Notes: a model not told the origin generated them from the letters alone. A DNA stretch of 63,219 nucleotides, filler included, from Octopus bimaculoides (GCF_001194135.2; 7 parts of 7 records of this genome joined end to end with filler, not necessarily neighbours in it); one strand, 5' to 3'. Numbered from the whole stretch's first letter, positions 25,095 through 37,685 are shown. Made by a program: numbers and translations.

Positions 25095-25340
25095 TAAAGT
25101 TTATCTAATAAACAGATGGCAAGGGGTGATCTGTTGATAGTCCATTAGAATTGACGAAATGCTAGAGCAAATCAAGTTATTTAAAGTGTAAACAAAGTCT
25201 TTCCTCACAAGTCTCAATGTCTGAAGCCAAATACGACCAATAGCGACGTTTGCAGAGTATCTATGAAGTGAAATAACTTTGCTGTCTACACTCTTCCATC
25301 TATAATTTCTAGACATGTTATTAACTGGTCATACAGTCTA
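25095..25340 (-). pseudogene. THAP-domain N-terminus of a DNA transposase (degenerate)
   Basis: VISLHRY..RIWLQTLRLVRKDF..TLNNLICS, then with a 1-nt frameshift HFVNSNGLSTDHPLPSVY. This gives the THAP CSxHF and PxPS/T box. Confidence 0.75.
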
Positions 25341-26042
25341 TGAGTCGGTAGCCCGCGGAAGTAGAAGCTAGTCACATACAAGAGAGTTCCAATTAAGGTC
25401 GGATGTACTCTAAAGCTTTAGAAATGTAAAAGTATGATGTAAGAACGGTAACTCTTGTTTCAAAATGTAATTTAGAGTTACTTCCCCAATCTGAAAATGT
25501 ACGTGAATCAATTGTATGTAGAATATTTGAATATATAATCAAAAGTATTGAGAATATTTGAATATACAATTAGAATTAATTACTGCTTGACTGATCAGAA
25601 TGTTTCAAAAATCAATAGATAGCTGTGACAGTCTATTGTCTCAGAAAAAGTACATACTAAAAACAATTTCAAGAATAAAAGTCAGCGTTCTAATCTAAGG
25701 GAGGTAATTCACTAATCTCTTAGACATATAAGGGAGATAATTTGTTTCAAGTATGTATTAAAAAAATACTGCCAATTAAAAAATACATGTAGAAAATTTC
25801 AAATAGAATTTATTTTTATTTCTGATATATATTATATTAAAGATAACTGCTCTCAAGTTAACATCTTTCCCTCTTTGTCGAAGCGTTTTGAAAACTGAAC
25901 ATGTTTTTGTTATGCAATAGATATATATTCTCCGTTGTTTAATTCTCGATCAAACCTGTCTATCTAGGATGAACTGGCATTTCGGCTTTGATCTTTCTGT
26001 CCTTATTTTGTTATGTGACAACTGTTTTTATATTGACTAGTT

Positions 26043-26819
26043 TACGAGGTCTGATTAATAAATATCGGGATTGTTTCTAATGTAACGAAGCTAAAGCATA
26101 CAAAATGGAGCCACATGGAACAGATTGACCTTGAACACTACTGTTCATGCGCACTAAGTTTTAACCTTCTAGCACACTTCTGCTGTTTACAGCAGTGCTT
26201 GGAAGGAACGTGTGCAGCATGAGATTGTTGCATTGACCATGACAGAGAAAGTTGCCTTGGCAATACTTGCTCAGAGGCCTATGCAAAGTTGCAGGAAGTG
26301 TATGGAGAGGAGTGTATGATCCACACACAAGTGAATAAGTAGTTCAGACATTTCCTAGATGAGTTATCAGAGGAAATGCACATTAGTTATGGTTCAGTTC
26401 AGTCCGTTATCACTGAAGATTTGGGTATGAGACACGTGTCTGACAAGTTTGTGCTAAAACTGCTTTTAGCTGACCAAAAAGGCACCCAGGTTTGTGTTGC
26501 ACAAGATCTTGATTGTATTGAGAACAAAGAAAACTTTCTGAAAACTGTGTATGCCTCTGAGCAGGTATTGCCAAGCTTTTGGTAAAATTTGCTGCAAATT
26601 CTCTGCCCAACCTTCTCTGTCATGGTCAATGTGACTTTCACATGCTACACACCTTCCTTCCAAGCACTGCTGTAAACAGGGGAAATGAGCTAGAATGTCA
26701 AAACTTAGTGCGCATGCACAGCAGAGTTTAAGGTCAATCTGTGCCAAGCGGCTTTACTCTGTGTGCTTAAGCTTCATTACAATAGCAACAGTCCGGATAA
26801 TTATTGATTAGACCACATA
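26043..26819. mobile_element. Mariner derivative made of two inverted 5' ends
   Basis: TA-cgaggtctga.. left end and ..gaccaca-TA right end; about 250 bp of 5' sequence is present in both orientations. Transposase remnant LGNTCSEAYAKLQEVYGEECM..EDLGMRHVSDKFVLK..FLKTV. Confidence 0.85.
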
Positions 26820-26851
26820 CATTAAAATGTGTAAGTTGTAAGCTTGTTATA

Positions 26852-27074
26852 TACGAAGAGGTGCTGAAAGGTTCATGGCTTTTGCTAAAAGAAAATATAG
26901 GAGGATTAGTTAATTATGATTTTATTCAACATAATTCCCTCTCAGATTCGCACACTTATTGCAGCAGTCCTTCAGTTTTTTTAAGCCCTGTAATAAACCT
27001 TGAAAGGTTGGGCCTCCAGCCAGGCCTTTTGAGATGCCCTTAAAAGTCAGGAACTTTCCAGTAATTTCCTCATA
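26852..27074. mobile_element. Short mariner-derived MITE
   Basis: TA-flanked; ends gtgctgaaaggttc / ggaactttccag. The body is the reverse complement of a mariner C-terminus (LKKLKDCCNKCANLRGNYVE). Partial copies at 57420-57545 and 57600-57775. Confidence 0.75.
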
Positions 27075-27207
27075 ATTTATGAGTTCAGTCTCAGTGAATG
27101 GCACTTTGGGCAAGTGTCTTCATCTATAGCTTTGGGCTGACCAAAGCCTTATTAATGGATTTGGATGATAGAAACTGAAAGAAGCTTGTTTTGTGTGTGT
27201 GCAGATA

Positions 27208-27244
<37 letters not shown>

Positions 27245-27625
27245 CTATCTATCCATATANNNNNNNNNNNNNNNNNNNNNNNNNNNNNNNNNNNNNNNNN
27301 NNNNNNNNNNNNNNNNNNNNNNNNNNNNNNNNNNNNNNNNNNNNNNNNNNNNNNNNNNNNNNNNNNNNNNNNNNNNNNNNNNNNNNNNNNNNNNNNNNNN
27401 NNNNNNNNNNNNATTATATGTATTTATTTTCTCTTAGTTAACAATTAACTCCGACAAAATAAATTGGTTAATAGATACCAGGGTAGCAAAGATCACAAAA
27501 TGACTGTGGTGTAACTCCTGTTTATGAGATAGAAACTCCCTGTTAGTTTGGGGTATTTGAATAAATATAAAATTTTATAAATGGAGTAATACGCATATGT
27601 TAAATGTAATCTTTTATTTCCGACG

Positions 27626-27857
27626 TATGTTTTGAAGATTGCAAATGGTTCCTTCCAAAGGAATAAGTGATATTGATAAAGATGTAATCTTCTCTTCAGG
27701 GAAATATATAAGATCCGACTTAACCGTAAGACATTTTAACCGGTTAAAATGTCTTATGGTTAAGTTGAATCTTATGTATTTCCCTGAAGAGAAGATTACA
27801 TCTTTATCAACATCACCTATTCCTTTGGAAGGAACCATTTGTAATCTTCGAAACATA
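27626..27857. repeat. 232-bp spacer-less palindrome
   Basis: Centre between 27741 and 27742 (aaccggtt); 116-bp arms with 8 mismatches, all transitions. Confidence 0.95.
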
Positions 27858-28081
27858 TCATCATCATCATCATCATCGTTTAACGTCCGCTTTTCATGCT
27901 AGCATGGGTTGGACGATTTGACTGAGGACTGGTGAAACCGGATGGCAACACCAGGCTCCAATCTAATTTGGCAGAGTTTCTACAGCTGGATGCCGTTCCT
28001 AACGCCAACCACTCAGAGAGTGTAGTGGGTGCTTTTACGTGTCACCCGCACGAAAACGGCCACGCTCGAAATGGTGTCTTT
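27856..28081 (-). mobile_element. RTE LINE 3' UTR and tail
   Basis: (ATC)n followed by gtttaacgtccgcttttcatgctagcatgggttgga, homologous to 19862-20040. Confidence 0.85.
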
Positions 28082-28181
28082 NNNNNNNNNNNNNNNNNNN
28101 NNNNNNNNNNNNNNNNNNNNNNNNNTTAATTAATTAANNNNNNNNNNNNNNNNNNNNNNNNNNNNNNNNNNNNNNNNNNNN
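28082..28181. other. Artificial assembly linker
   Basis: 44N-TTAATTAATTAA-44N. Confidence 0.95.
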
Positions 28182-28985
28182 TATAAAACAAATAATAAAT
28201 GAGTATATGCATATATACGTACAGGTATGTGCATACCTACGTCCACCTGTATATATAGGTGCATATCTGGGTACAGGACATTGCAAACAAAACGTAGACA
28301 AAAAAATAATAATAACCAGAGTACAGAAAACACACAGGCCACATAGAGAACATTTTCCTTCATCAGCTACCCCCATTCTAACACCGGCATTTCGAAGATA
28401 TATATATATATAAATAACCATTCTAAACAAGTACCACTAAGGAATTATAAATATCATGTTGGGAGTAACAATAATAACTTCTTAAACCTATAATATAACC
28501 CTTAGTTTTAAAAAAAGAATAGTGTAAAATATGATTGTTCCATAACTTAAATATTCCTTTAGCCGATACCAGACACCAGTCTTTTATTGATATCAGCTAA
28601 ATAAGTAAATATATAATTTTTAGTCTAATATATTTTGAATTATTCTACTTTTTCTAAAAAATCTCTGTTGGGGTTAATAAGCTACATATACTTTACCATA
28701 GTTATTACAAATAAAAGAGTAAAGGATTATTAATTTATTAATAAATTAATAATTAATAATTTTTACCAAGCACTTCGGTATGTAAACACCATTATCGGTA
28801 AAGAACTTATTTAAACGTTCTTATACATTTATAAACACAATTAAGGGATCAGCAACAGTTGCTTCACCATATACCGAAGTTCAGAAATAGTAGCTAAAGT
28901 GCTTAAACTCCAACAGATAGCAATACTTGTAACTCACAAAGGCAAAACAAGAAGAAAAAATAACGAAACTAAGCAGTCTTAGTTA

Positions 28986-29044
28986 ATCATAGACGCGTTT
29001 CTGGATCAAAATAATGAAAACCTTCATTTCCTCATCAGTATGAT
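28986..29044 (-). ncRNA. Minimal type I hammerhead ribozyme, intact core
   Basis: AUCAUA CUGAUGA GGA AAUGAA GGUU UUCAUU AUUUUGA UCC A GAAAC GC GUC UAUGAU: 6-bp helix I, palindromic helix III ACGCGU. Confidence 0.75.
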
Positions 29045-30921
29045 ATTCTAGTTTGCAAATTTGAAGATGCTGGCAACCATGCATGCTCGACCAAGCGACA
29101 TCGTGCATCAGCACAATATGAACAGCACCTCCGAACTTACATAGGCCCGTCAGTCCTTATCCCTCCTCAAGAATTGCCATATATATATACACATACATAT
29201 ATATACATATATATACATATATATACATACATATTCATTATTACAATCCAGTATGTAGTCTCAGTTGCGATTGAATGTAAGTACAAATACATATTAAAAC
29301 TGAGAGTTATAGAAATATTATTTGCACGTGTTTGATTTACAAATAGGAATTACTAAGTTTTACACGTTAGGTAGACATGTAAGGAATTTTCTACTAGAAA
29401 TTCTTCAGACAGGGAAATCAAATAATACAAGTCTTACATTTTGATGAACCGTTTATATTCAATTAGTAACGAGGTGCTGTATAGACTGTTTTGGCGAGGG
29501 AAAGAGGAGCAAATATTATATTTGGAGAAGAAAGGAGAGTTATATACACACACGCACACTCAAGCATATATATATATACACATACACAAATACACACACA
29601 TATACATCCACATATGCACATTCCAACACATGTACACACACACATACACACGTATTATGTATTAATGCAACATAATGATAATGAGTACAATGCAAAACCA
29701 TACAGGTACTGATTTAGATGTATATAAACAAATTTAAGCTTGTATATTTTTACAAACACATATATATATATATACGTACTCTCATATACAAGTACACACA
29801 CATGCACACATACACATGCACACAAACATACACACACTCACGTACACTCATATATGCCTGTTTATCCATTTTTTTCTCCTTAACTATTCGTTCGAACCTT
29901 GTGTTTCTTGTAGCCAACTCTAATGCTGTCGGACTATCTTACTCTGATTAAGTTGGAGTTTATGAATTCGATCAGTCCAAGCACTAATTCGCTGCTTATC
30001 TATTCTAAGTTTGCACTGGTATATTTTCACTCCACTATATATACATATATATATATATATATANNNNNNNNNNNNNNNNNNNNNNNNNNNNNNNNNNNNN
30101 NNNNNNNNNNNNNNNNNNNNNNNNNNNNNNNNNNNNNNNNNNNNNNNNNNNNNNNNNNNNNNNNNNNNNNNNNNNNNNNNNNNNNNNNNNNNNNNNNNNN
30201 NNNNNNNNNNNNNNNNNNNNNNNNNNNNNNNNNNNNNNNNNNNNNNNNNNNNNNNNNNNNNNNNNNNNNNNNNNNNNNNNNNNNNNNNNNNNNNNNNNNN
30301 NNNNNNNNNNNNNNNNNNNNNNNNNNNNNNNNNNNNNNNNNNNNNNNNNNNNNNNNNNNNNNNNNNNNNNNNNNNNNNNNNNNNNNNNNNNNNNNNNNNN
30401 NNNNNNNNNNNNNNNNNNNNNNNNNNNNNNNNNNNNNNNNNNNNNNNNNNNNNNNNNNNNNNNNNNNNNNNNNNNNNNNNNNNNNNNNNNNNNNNNNNNN
30501 NNNNNNNNNNNNNNNNNNNNNNNNNNNNNNNNNNNNNNNNNNNNNNNNNNNNNNNNNNNNNNNNNNNNNNNNNNNNNNNNNNNNNNNNNNNNNNNNNNNN
30601 NNNNNNNNNNNNNNNNNNNNNNNNNNNNNNNNNNNNNNNNNNNNNNNNNNNNNNNNNNNNNNNNNNNNNNNNNNNNNNNNNNNNNNNNNNNNNNNNNNNN
30701 NNNNNNNNNNNNNNNNNNNNNNNNNNNNNNNNNNNNNNNNNNNNNNNNNNNNNNNNNNNNNNNNNNNNNNNNNNNNNNNNNNNNNNNNNNNNNNNNNNNN
30801 NNNNNNNNNNNNNNNNNNNNNNNNNNNNNNNNNNNNNNNNNNNNNNNNNNNNNNNNNNNNNNNNNNNNNNNNNNNNNNNNNNNNNNNNNNNNNNNNNNNN
30901 NNNNNNNNNNNNNNNNNNNNN

Positions 30922-30974
<53 letters not shown>

Positions 30975-31370
30975 TTATGTGTGTATGCGCTTGTGAGCGT
31001 GTGTGTATGTGTGCACATGTACATATGCATATACATACATACATACATACATATATATAAACACATACACACACACACAAACACACGCACACACACATAA
31101 ATATTCACTTGCCTACACACACTCATAACTCTACACTCACACATTCATATAATTTGCACCGTTTGCCGCCCACAATCATTATTGATCTAAAGCTGTGACG
31201 AACAAACGTATGGCAACACAACAAATACAGGCAAACAGGTATGAGAAAAATTCGCTATCAGAACGAAGTAATGAAATAACTAACAAAATTGATTTTCTTC
31301 TTTACACGTTCAACTCTGCAGGGGTACTTTTCTTTGATATCAGGCGTTAGGAGAGGCTAGAACAATATGA

Positions 31371-31405
<35 letters not shown>

Positions 31406-31422
31406 TACGTATACACATAAAT

Positions 31423-31463
<41 letters not shown>

Positions 31464-31898
31464 NNNNNNNNNNNNNNNNNNNNNNNNNNNNNNNNNNNNN
31501 NNNNNNNNNNNNNNNNNNNNNNNNNNNNNNNNNNNNNNNNNNNNNNNNNNNNNNNNNNNNNNNNNNNNNNNNNNNNNNNNNNNNNNNNNNNNNNNNNNNN
31601 NNNNNNNNNNNNNNNNNNNNNNNNNNNNNNNNNNNNNNNNNNNNNNNNNNNNNNNNNNNNNNNNNNNNNNNNNNNNNNNNNNNNNNNNNNNNNNNNNNNN
31701 NNNNNNNNNNNNNNNNNNNNNNNNNNNNNNNNNNNNNNNNNNNNNNNNNNNNNNNNNNNNNNNNNNNNNNNNNNNNNNNNNNNNNNNNNNNNNNNNNNNN
31801 NNNNNNNNNNNNNNNNNNNNNNNNNNNNNNNNNNNNNNNNNNNNNNNNNNNNNNNNNNNNNNNNNNNNNNNNNNNNNNNNNNNNNNNNNNNNNNNNNN

Positions 31899-31953
<55 letters not shown>

Positions 31954-33092
31954 CAGTGGATAAGAGTGAAATTGTAGATGTGATTGCGGACAAGGCTGTA
32001 AAACAACAGTAATGAACGATTTACAATACTTTGGTTCATTCTCTCGAGTTCAAATCTTGCAGGCACCGACCTTGTTTTACATCGTTCTGACCAGTGCTGC
32101 CATTATAGCATTATAGGCTCCAGAGCAAATCAATGCACTGGGCCCTATAATAGTTATTTATTGACAGTAAGCTAAAGAATATGGAGATCCGAATTGGGCT
32201 TCGAAACCTGTGAGGCCACTGGACCAGAGATGTCTCTGGGTAACTGCCCAATGCCTATGTCTTCAGATGGCTCTGGTTCTGTCGTTGATAAAATAAATGC
32301 AAGTAAGTTAGTAAAACACAATTCACTTAACTCAGTCAAAAGCTCAGTACAAAATCAGTTACTGTATCTAATTAAAATCTATTTTGTCAAATTTGATACG
32401 CACTGATGCCCACCCTAATAATACATTATCGATCTATCCATGGCGGTATATTGGTTCTGGGTTACTGCGGTTGATTTTAAACCTCATCGAGGTTAAACTT
32501 GCTTTTATCCTTTCCGGATCGATAAATAAAGTGCCTCTCCAAGAGTAGATACTTTTTTTCTCTCTCTTTGGAAGAAAGAGATAGGCTCTACTAGATATAT
32601 AATACTCTAGACACACCATATATCATGTCGGTGCCTCCGTTACGGCTCAAGTTACGGGCTCAAGGAAGTAAGGTTCAACCCATCGATCCCTTTCACTCTT
32701 TTTCTTGTTTTAATCATTTGACTGCTGCCTTGTTATTTTAATCATCTGACTGCTGCCTTTTAGGGTTTGTCGAGCAAATCGACCTCAATACTTATTTTTC
32801 TAAAGTCAAGTCCTTGTTCTATCAGTCACTTTTACAGGAACGTAAACAAACCAACACCGGTTAAGTAGTGGGGTAGAAATACAAACGCACACACACATAC
32901 ACACATACACACACGCACATACACACACAACGCACTACCACGCTGTTTCTGTTTACCAAGTTCAAAGACAAGGCATTGGTCGGCTCAGAGCTGTAGCAGA
33001 CAACACTAGCCCAAAGTGTTGCGCTGTGAGACTGAACTCGAACTCACTTGGTTGTGAAGTAAGCATCTTAATTGCACAACCATAGCTGCACC

Positions 33093-33271
33093 TGCCTACC
33101 TACCTACCTACCTACCTACCTACCTACCTACCTACCTACTCACCTACCTACCTACCTACCTACCTACCTACCTACCTACCTACCTACCTACCTACTCACC
33201 TACNNNNNNNNNNCACCTACCTACCTACCTACCTACCTACCTACCTACCTACCTACCTAGCTATCTCCTGC

Positions 33272-33322
<51 letters not shown>
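33093..33322. repeat. (TACC)n and (TATC)n tetranucleotide microsatellites
   Basis: Direct reading. Confidence 0.95.
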
Positions 33323-33323
<1 letters not shown>

Positions 33324-33639
33324 GTTTTACTAGCGCAAAAGGTTTTCAAATCTAGATTACGAAATTGAGTTCGGATTCTATTCTAGGCGTCTGCGTTCTA
33401 TCACTAGACAAAATACTTAGTTCAGTTATTTTATTTATCTTAACAAGATATGAATTCCTCTTAATGACTGATAAAATGGCAAGGCAACAGAAATACCCTT
33501 TCTTAAGACACTAGAGACAACATCCTTACGTATAGCTCACACGCATTTCCTTGTAATTTCTGCAAACATTAATTTTTACTGCTCTGCGCTTCGAAAACAT
33601 TATAGTTTCCACGCAGGCATGACGCAATCAGTAGTAGAG

Positions 33640-34005
33640 TGACGACGACGACGACGATGACGGTTTATGATGATGGTGGTGACAACGATAATGGTATTGT
33701 TGACGATGCTGATGATCCTGGTGATATTAATGATCATGATAATGACGATAATATCGACAATGGGAATGGTACTGAGGTTTATCACAACAGAGATAACAAA
33801 GTTAGCAGTGAAACGAAATTGGTGATGGTAATGTTGAGAATGATGCTGATGACGACAATGACGATGATGATAATACTACTGCTGCTACTGATGATGATGA
33901 GGATGATAACGAAGCGGATGATAACGAAACGGATGATAATGAAGATAATGATGATTATAAGGATGACGATAATGTTGATTGTGGTGGCGGTGGTGATAGT
34001 TAAGT
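33640..34005. repeat. Cryptic (GAT/GAC)n trinucleotide repeat region
   Basis: Direct reading; explains the M/D-rich ORFs in the track. Confidence 0.85.
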
Positions 34006-35394
34006 AATATCTGTTTCGCGTAGTTACTGCATCATTCTTAAGTACCAGACATTATTTCACAGCTCAAATGAATATGTATGTAAGTAAAACAACCAAACAC
34101 AAAATGTAACGTTAGCTCTTAATAGTAAACCCTGTTTATATTACATTACCGGAGTGTGTTTGTCTTTATAATTCAATATAGTTTAATTCATTTCAGTTCA
34201 GTTCATTTAAGTCCAGTTCGATTAAATTTTTGATTTCATTTTAATGAAACAACCAAATAAAAACAAAAATATCACAAACAGATATTAAATGTCTGAACAG
34301 AGTTGTTAATAAGATTAGAATTTTTCGGTTTAGTGACCTCATCTTTAGTGATGAAATTTTTTTATTAATATTTTAATATAACATAATATTTTAATATTAC
34401 AAACTATTTTAATATTTAATATTTAAATCTATACAAAAATGAACAAGAGGATATTAAAGCAAATTTTTCTCCAAAGATCACGTTAATGGTCTGAAAAATT
34501 AAATCATATTAGCAAAAATATATTAAGTTACAACGTATATACATACATATATAGCATATATATTCATATATATAGACATATAAATATGCATACACTTACA
34601 TAGAAAAAAATATATATAAATATGCATACACTTACATAGTAATATATATATATATATATACATGTACATACCTTATAAAGTAGTGTTTATATGTGAACTG
34701 TAACGTACGTGGAGATGCGTAGCTTACTTGTTAGTATGTGGTACTTATGATCGTAAGATTGTGGTTTCGATTCCTGTATCGGACAATGCGTTTTGTTCTT
34801 GAGCAAAACACTTCATTTCACGTTGCTTCTGTACACTCATTTGGTTAAAATGAGTAATTCTGCGAGGTCTGATGTCCCTTCCAGTGATGGGGGGGGGGCG
34901 GAATATATGCAACCCAGAATCCAGAAAACCGGCCTTATGAGCCTATGGCTCGGAAAGACCTGTGATCTTTTTCTCTGATATAGCTTACTGGACTGTTAGA
35001 GGTGGAGTGTAGTCTTACTGAAAACTTTCTGTCCATGTAACGTATATGGACCATGTCAGCATAGCGGAACCAGTCTCTCTTGTTATATTCACAACAGATG
35101 TTCAACTCAGCAACACAAACGAGCGGAACAATCATGAATACTAAAGGTTCCACTGTACTATAAAACGACGAGTTGTTCATATTGTGTAATACCTATTATA
35201 TCATCAACAATATGACAGTGAGAAAATAACTAGGAGGAGTGTTGTGTATAATTAATATACATATGACAGGGTCAATCGTATGTAGTGTAATTGCTGAAGC
35301 TTCTCGTTCTGATATGAAACTGCTAGTTACTGGGAAACAGAACATTCCGTAGAAATGAATTCTCTATAAAAATGTTTATTTCCGAAGATAGTGG

Positions 35395-35955
35395 GTAGGA
35401 AAAGGAGAAACACCTGCATCCAAGTTTAAAGAAAGTCTTTACCCACATAAGGTGTTGTTATCTGTTTGGTGGGATATGAAAGGTTTAGTCCTCTTTCAAC
35501 ATTTAAACCCAAACCAAACGATAACAAAGAGGATCTACTGCGAGTAGCTTGGGCGGTTGAAGTCAGTGCTAGAAGAAAAACCACCATCTTTGGTTTCAAG
35601 ACGAAAGGTGTTCTTCCACCAGGATAATGCTCGCCACATACAACGATGATGACATTCCACCCACCATATTCGCCGGGCATTGCTCCATCTGATTATCATT
35701 TATTCCGCAGTCTTCAAAATTATTTGGATGGCAAAAATACGAATTCTGTAGATGAGGTCAGTATAGTACTGGAAGACTATTTTTCGTCACGGACAAGTAA
35801 ATTTTGGAAGAGGGACCTTGCAAGCCTACCAGATAGATGGAAGAGCATTGTAGAAAATGAAGGTGAGTATATTTTAGATTAAAAAGAACCTTGTTTATCT
35901 TGATTTTGGGAAATAAAGTATAAAAAAACACCATTATTTATGAGATGATCCAATA
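35395..35955 (+). mobile_element. Mariner transposase C-terminal fragment with 3' TIR
   Basis: KVLLSVWWDMKG..FHQDNAR..HPPYSPGIAPSDYHLFRSLQNYL..WKSIVENEGEYILD*, then attatttatgagatgatccaa-TA. Confidence 0.9.
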
Positions 35956-35998
35956 TTTGTATTTGTACACGCGCGAACATGCACAAACACACACACAC

Positions 35999-36029
<31 letters not shown>

Positions 36030-36194
36030 TATATACATACATACATACATATATANNNNNNNNNNNNNNNNNNNNNNNNNNNNNNNNNNNNNNNNNNNNN
36101 NNNNNNNNNNNNNNNNNTATATATATATATATATATATGTATGTATTTATATATCTGATCAAATGAATAATAACAAACAATGGATAATTGTTAG

Positions 36195-36260
36195 CTCAGT
36201 ACAGCTGTTTCTTACGTAACCTTTTAACATCATAATAAAAAATCGTAATCATCAGATGAG
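36195..36260 (-). ncRNA. Minimal type I hammerhead ribozyme, intact core, one helix I mismatch
   Basis: CUCAU CUGAUGA UUACG [27 nt] CGUAA GAAAC AGCU GUA CUGAG; 5-bp helix II, palindromic helix III ACAGCUGU. Confidence 0.7.
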
Positions 36261-37525
36261 AAATAATTTTTACAAAGCAAAGCAATATTCCAAGAATACA
36301 GCCAGTCTGTGACTAGGGTCTGTCGAAGCCAACTGTTAATTACGGTCTCTTATAATGATGTAATGTTATTCTTCTATTAAATGGTTACATAAGAAACAGC
36401 TGTAATGAGCTGACAATTATCCATCGTTTGTTGTTATTCATTTGATTATAGTACACCAAGGGAACTTATGACTTGTCGCTCACCCTAGAGTATATCAACA
36501 ATGTACTATTCAAAGTAACTCGTGATTTGGACTAGCCCATTAGGCACTAAATACTCATAGGGTTGTTTTTCTCTGTGTACACAACCGGAATATCCTATTT
36601 GTTATTTCGACTCTCACCAACTATAGGCCTGAACCACAGAGATTACCCAAGCCTACCTGGTGCATACTTTTTCAAGTACCTGATTCTCTCTTAATTCTCA
36701 TCTTATATGTATATATATATATAACGTCGCCCTTTCAAAGCCTAGCCAGGCTCATGGGCCTGGTTTCCCGGTTTCTATGGCGTATGTGTCCCCCCCCCCA
36801 AGCTGGACGGGACGCCAGTCCATCGCAGCGTCACTGAAGAAACAGGAAGAAAGAGTGAGAAAAAGTTGGAGCCTCGTGGAGCATAGGTGTTTCGCTCAAT
36901 CAACCCACACAACGCCCGGTCTGGGAATCGAAACCGCGATCCTTCGACTGCGAGTTCGCTGCCCTAACCACTGGGTCATTGCGCCTCCACACNNNNNNNN
37001 NNNNNNNNNNNNNNNNNNNNNNNNNNNNNNNNNNNNNNNNNNNNAGGTCTGTCTGATGAAACCTCATTATATTTAAGACGATATTTTATTATTCTTGGAA
37101 AACCTGTTTTAATTAACGATGTAGAAATAGCTGTATTTTACTAGATGTGTCATTTGCTGCTATAAAATAATATAATTGAATTTAATTTATCATTTAATGA
37201 TTAAATTATTTAATTGTTCAATTTATTATTTTGGCTTCCATTTCTAATTTATATATAGATATATATGTATATATAGCCTATCTACCTACCTGCATTTCTA
37301 TCTATCTATGTCCATTATCATGGACCCCCTCCCCCCAAAAAAATAACAAAAACAATGTTATCTTCTTCTAAACAAAACCATCCAAAAACATCTGTTTTAT
37401 ATAAATGAACAAGCTGTTTGTACATTCAGAAAATTTTATTTGACAAGTTCGAGAAACGAACGAAAGCGCTAATAATATTAAAGAAATAAAACGATATTTT
37501 CCAAAATTCTGACAACGTTTCTTCT

Positions 37526-37566
<41 letters not shown>

Positions 37567-37596
37567 CAAAATAAGCAAATAGGATATCCAGAGGTA

Positions 37597-37685
37597 ATGC
37601 AGTACGATCGTTTCATGCAACTCCATTTAAATGAACAATGTAATCATTACATCAATTTAAAATGTAGAGCAATCTTCAGCTGCAC
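37597..37685 (-). ncRNA. Type I hammerhead ribozyme with extended helix II, intact core
   Basis: GUGCAG CUGAAGA U UGC [long AU-rich hairpin] GCA U GAAAC GAUC GUA CUGCAU; palindromic helix III ACGAUCGU. Confidence 0.72.

Noticed and set aside
27437-27481. LTINSDKINWLIDTR after a good acceptor as a possible PDSS2 exon 5
   Set aside because: The INSD match is short, the downstream QPF/APV motifs are absent and the donor (GTAGCA) is weak.
27920-27945. CTGAGGA CTGGT GAAAC in the RTE 3' UTR
   Set aside because: No helix II can form, and there is no GUH or helix I.
28200-28395. GAAA..CTGATGAAGG repeat family (also 42470-42620) as a type II hammerhead
   Set aside because: The motif order fits, but helix I does not pair in either copy and no GAAA follows the CTGATGA hairpin. 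It is treated only as a possible Penelope-like terminus.
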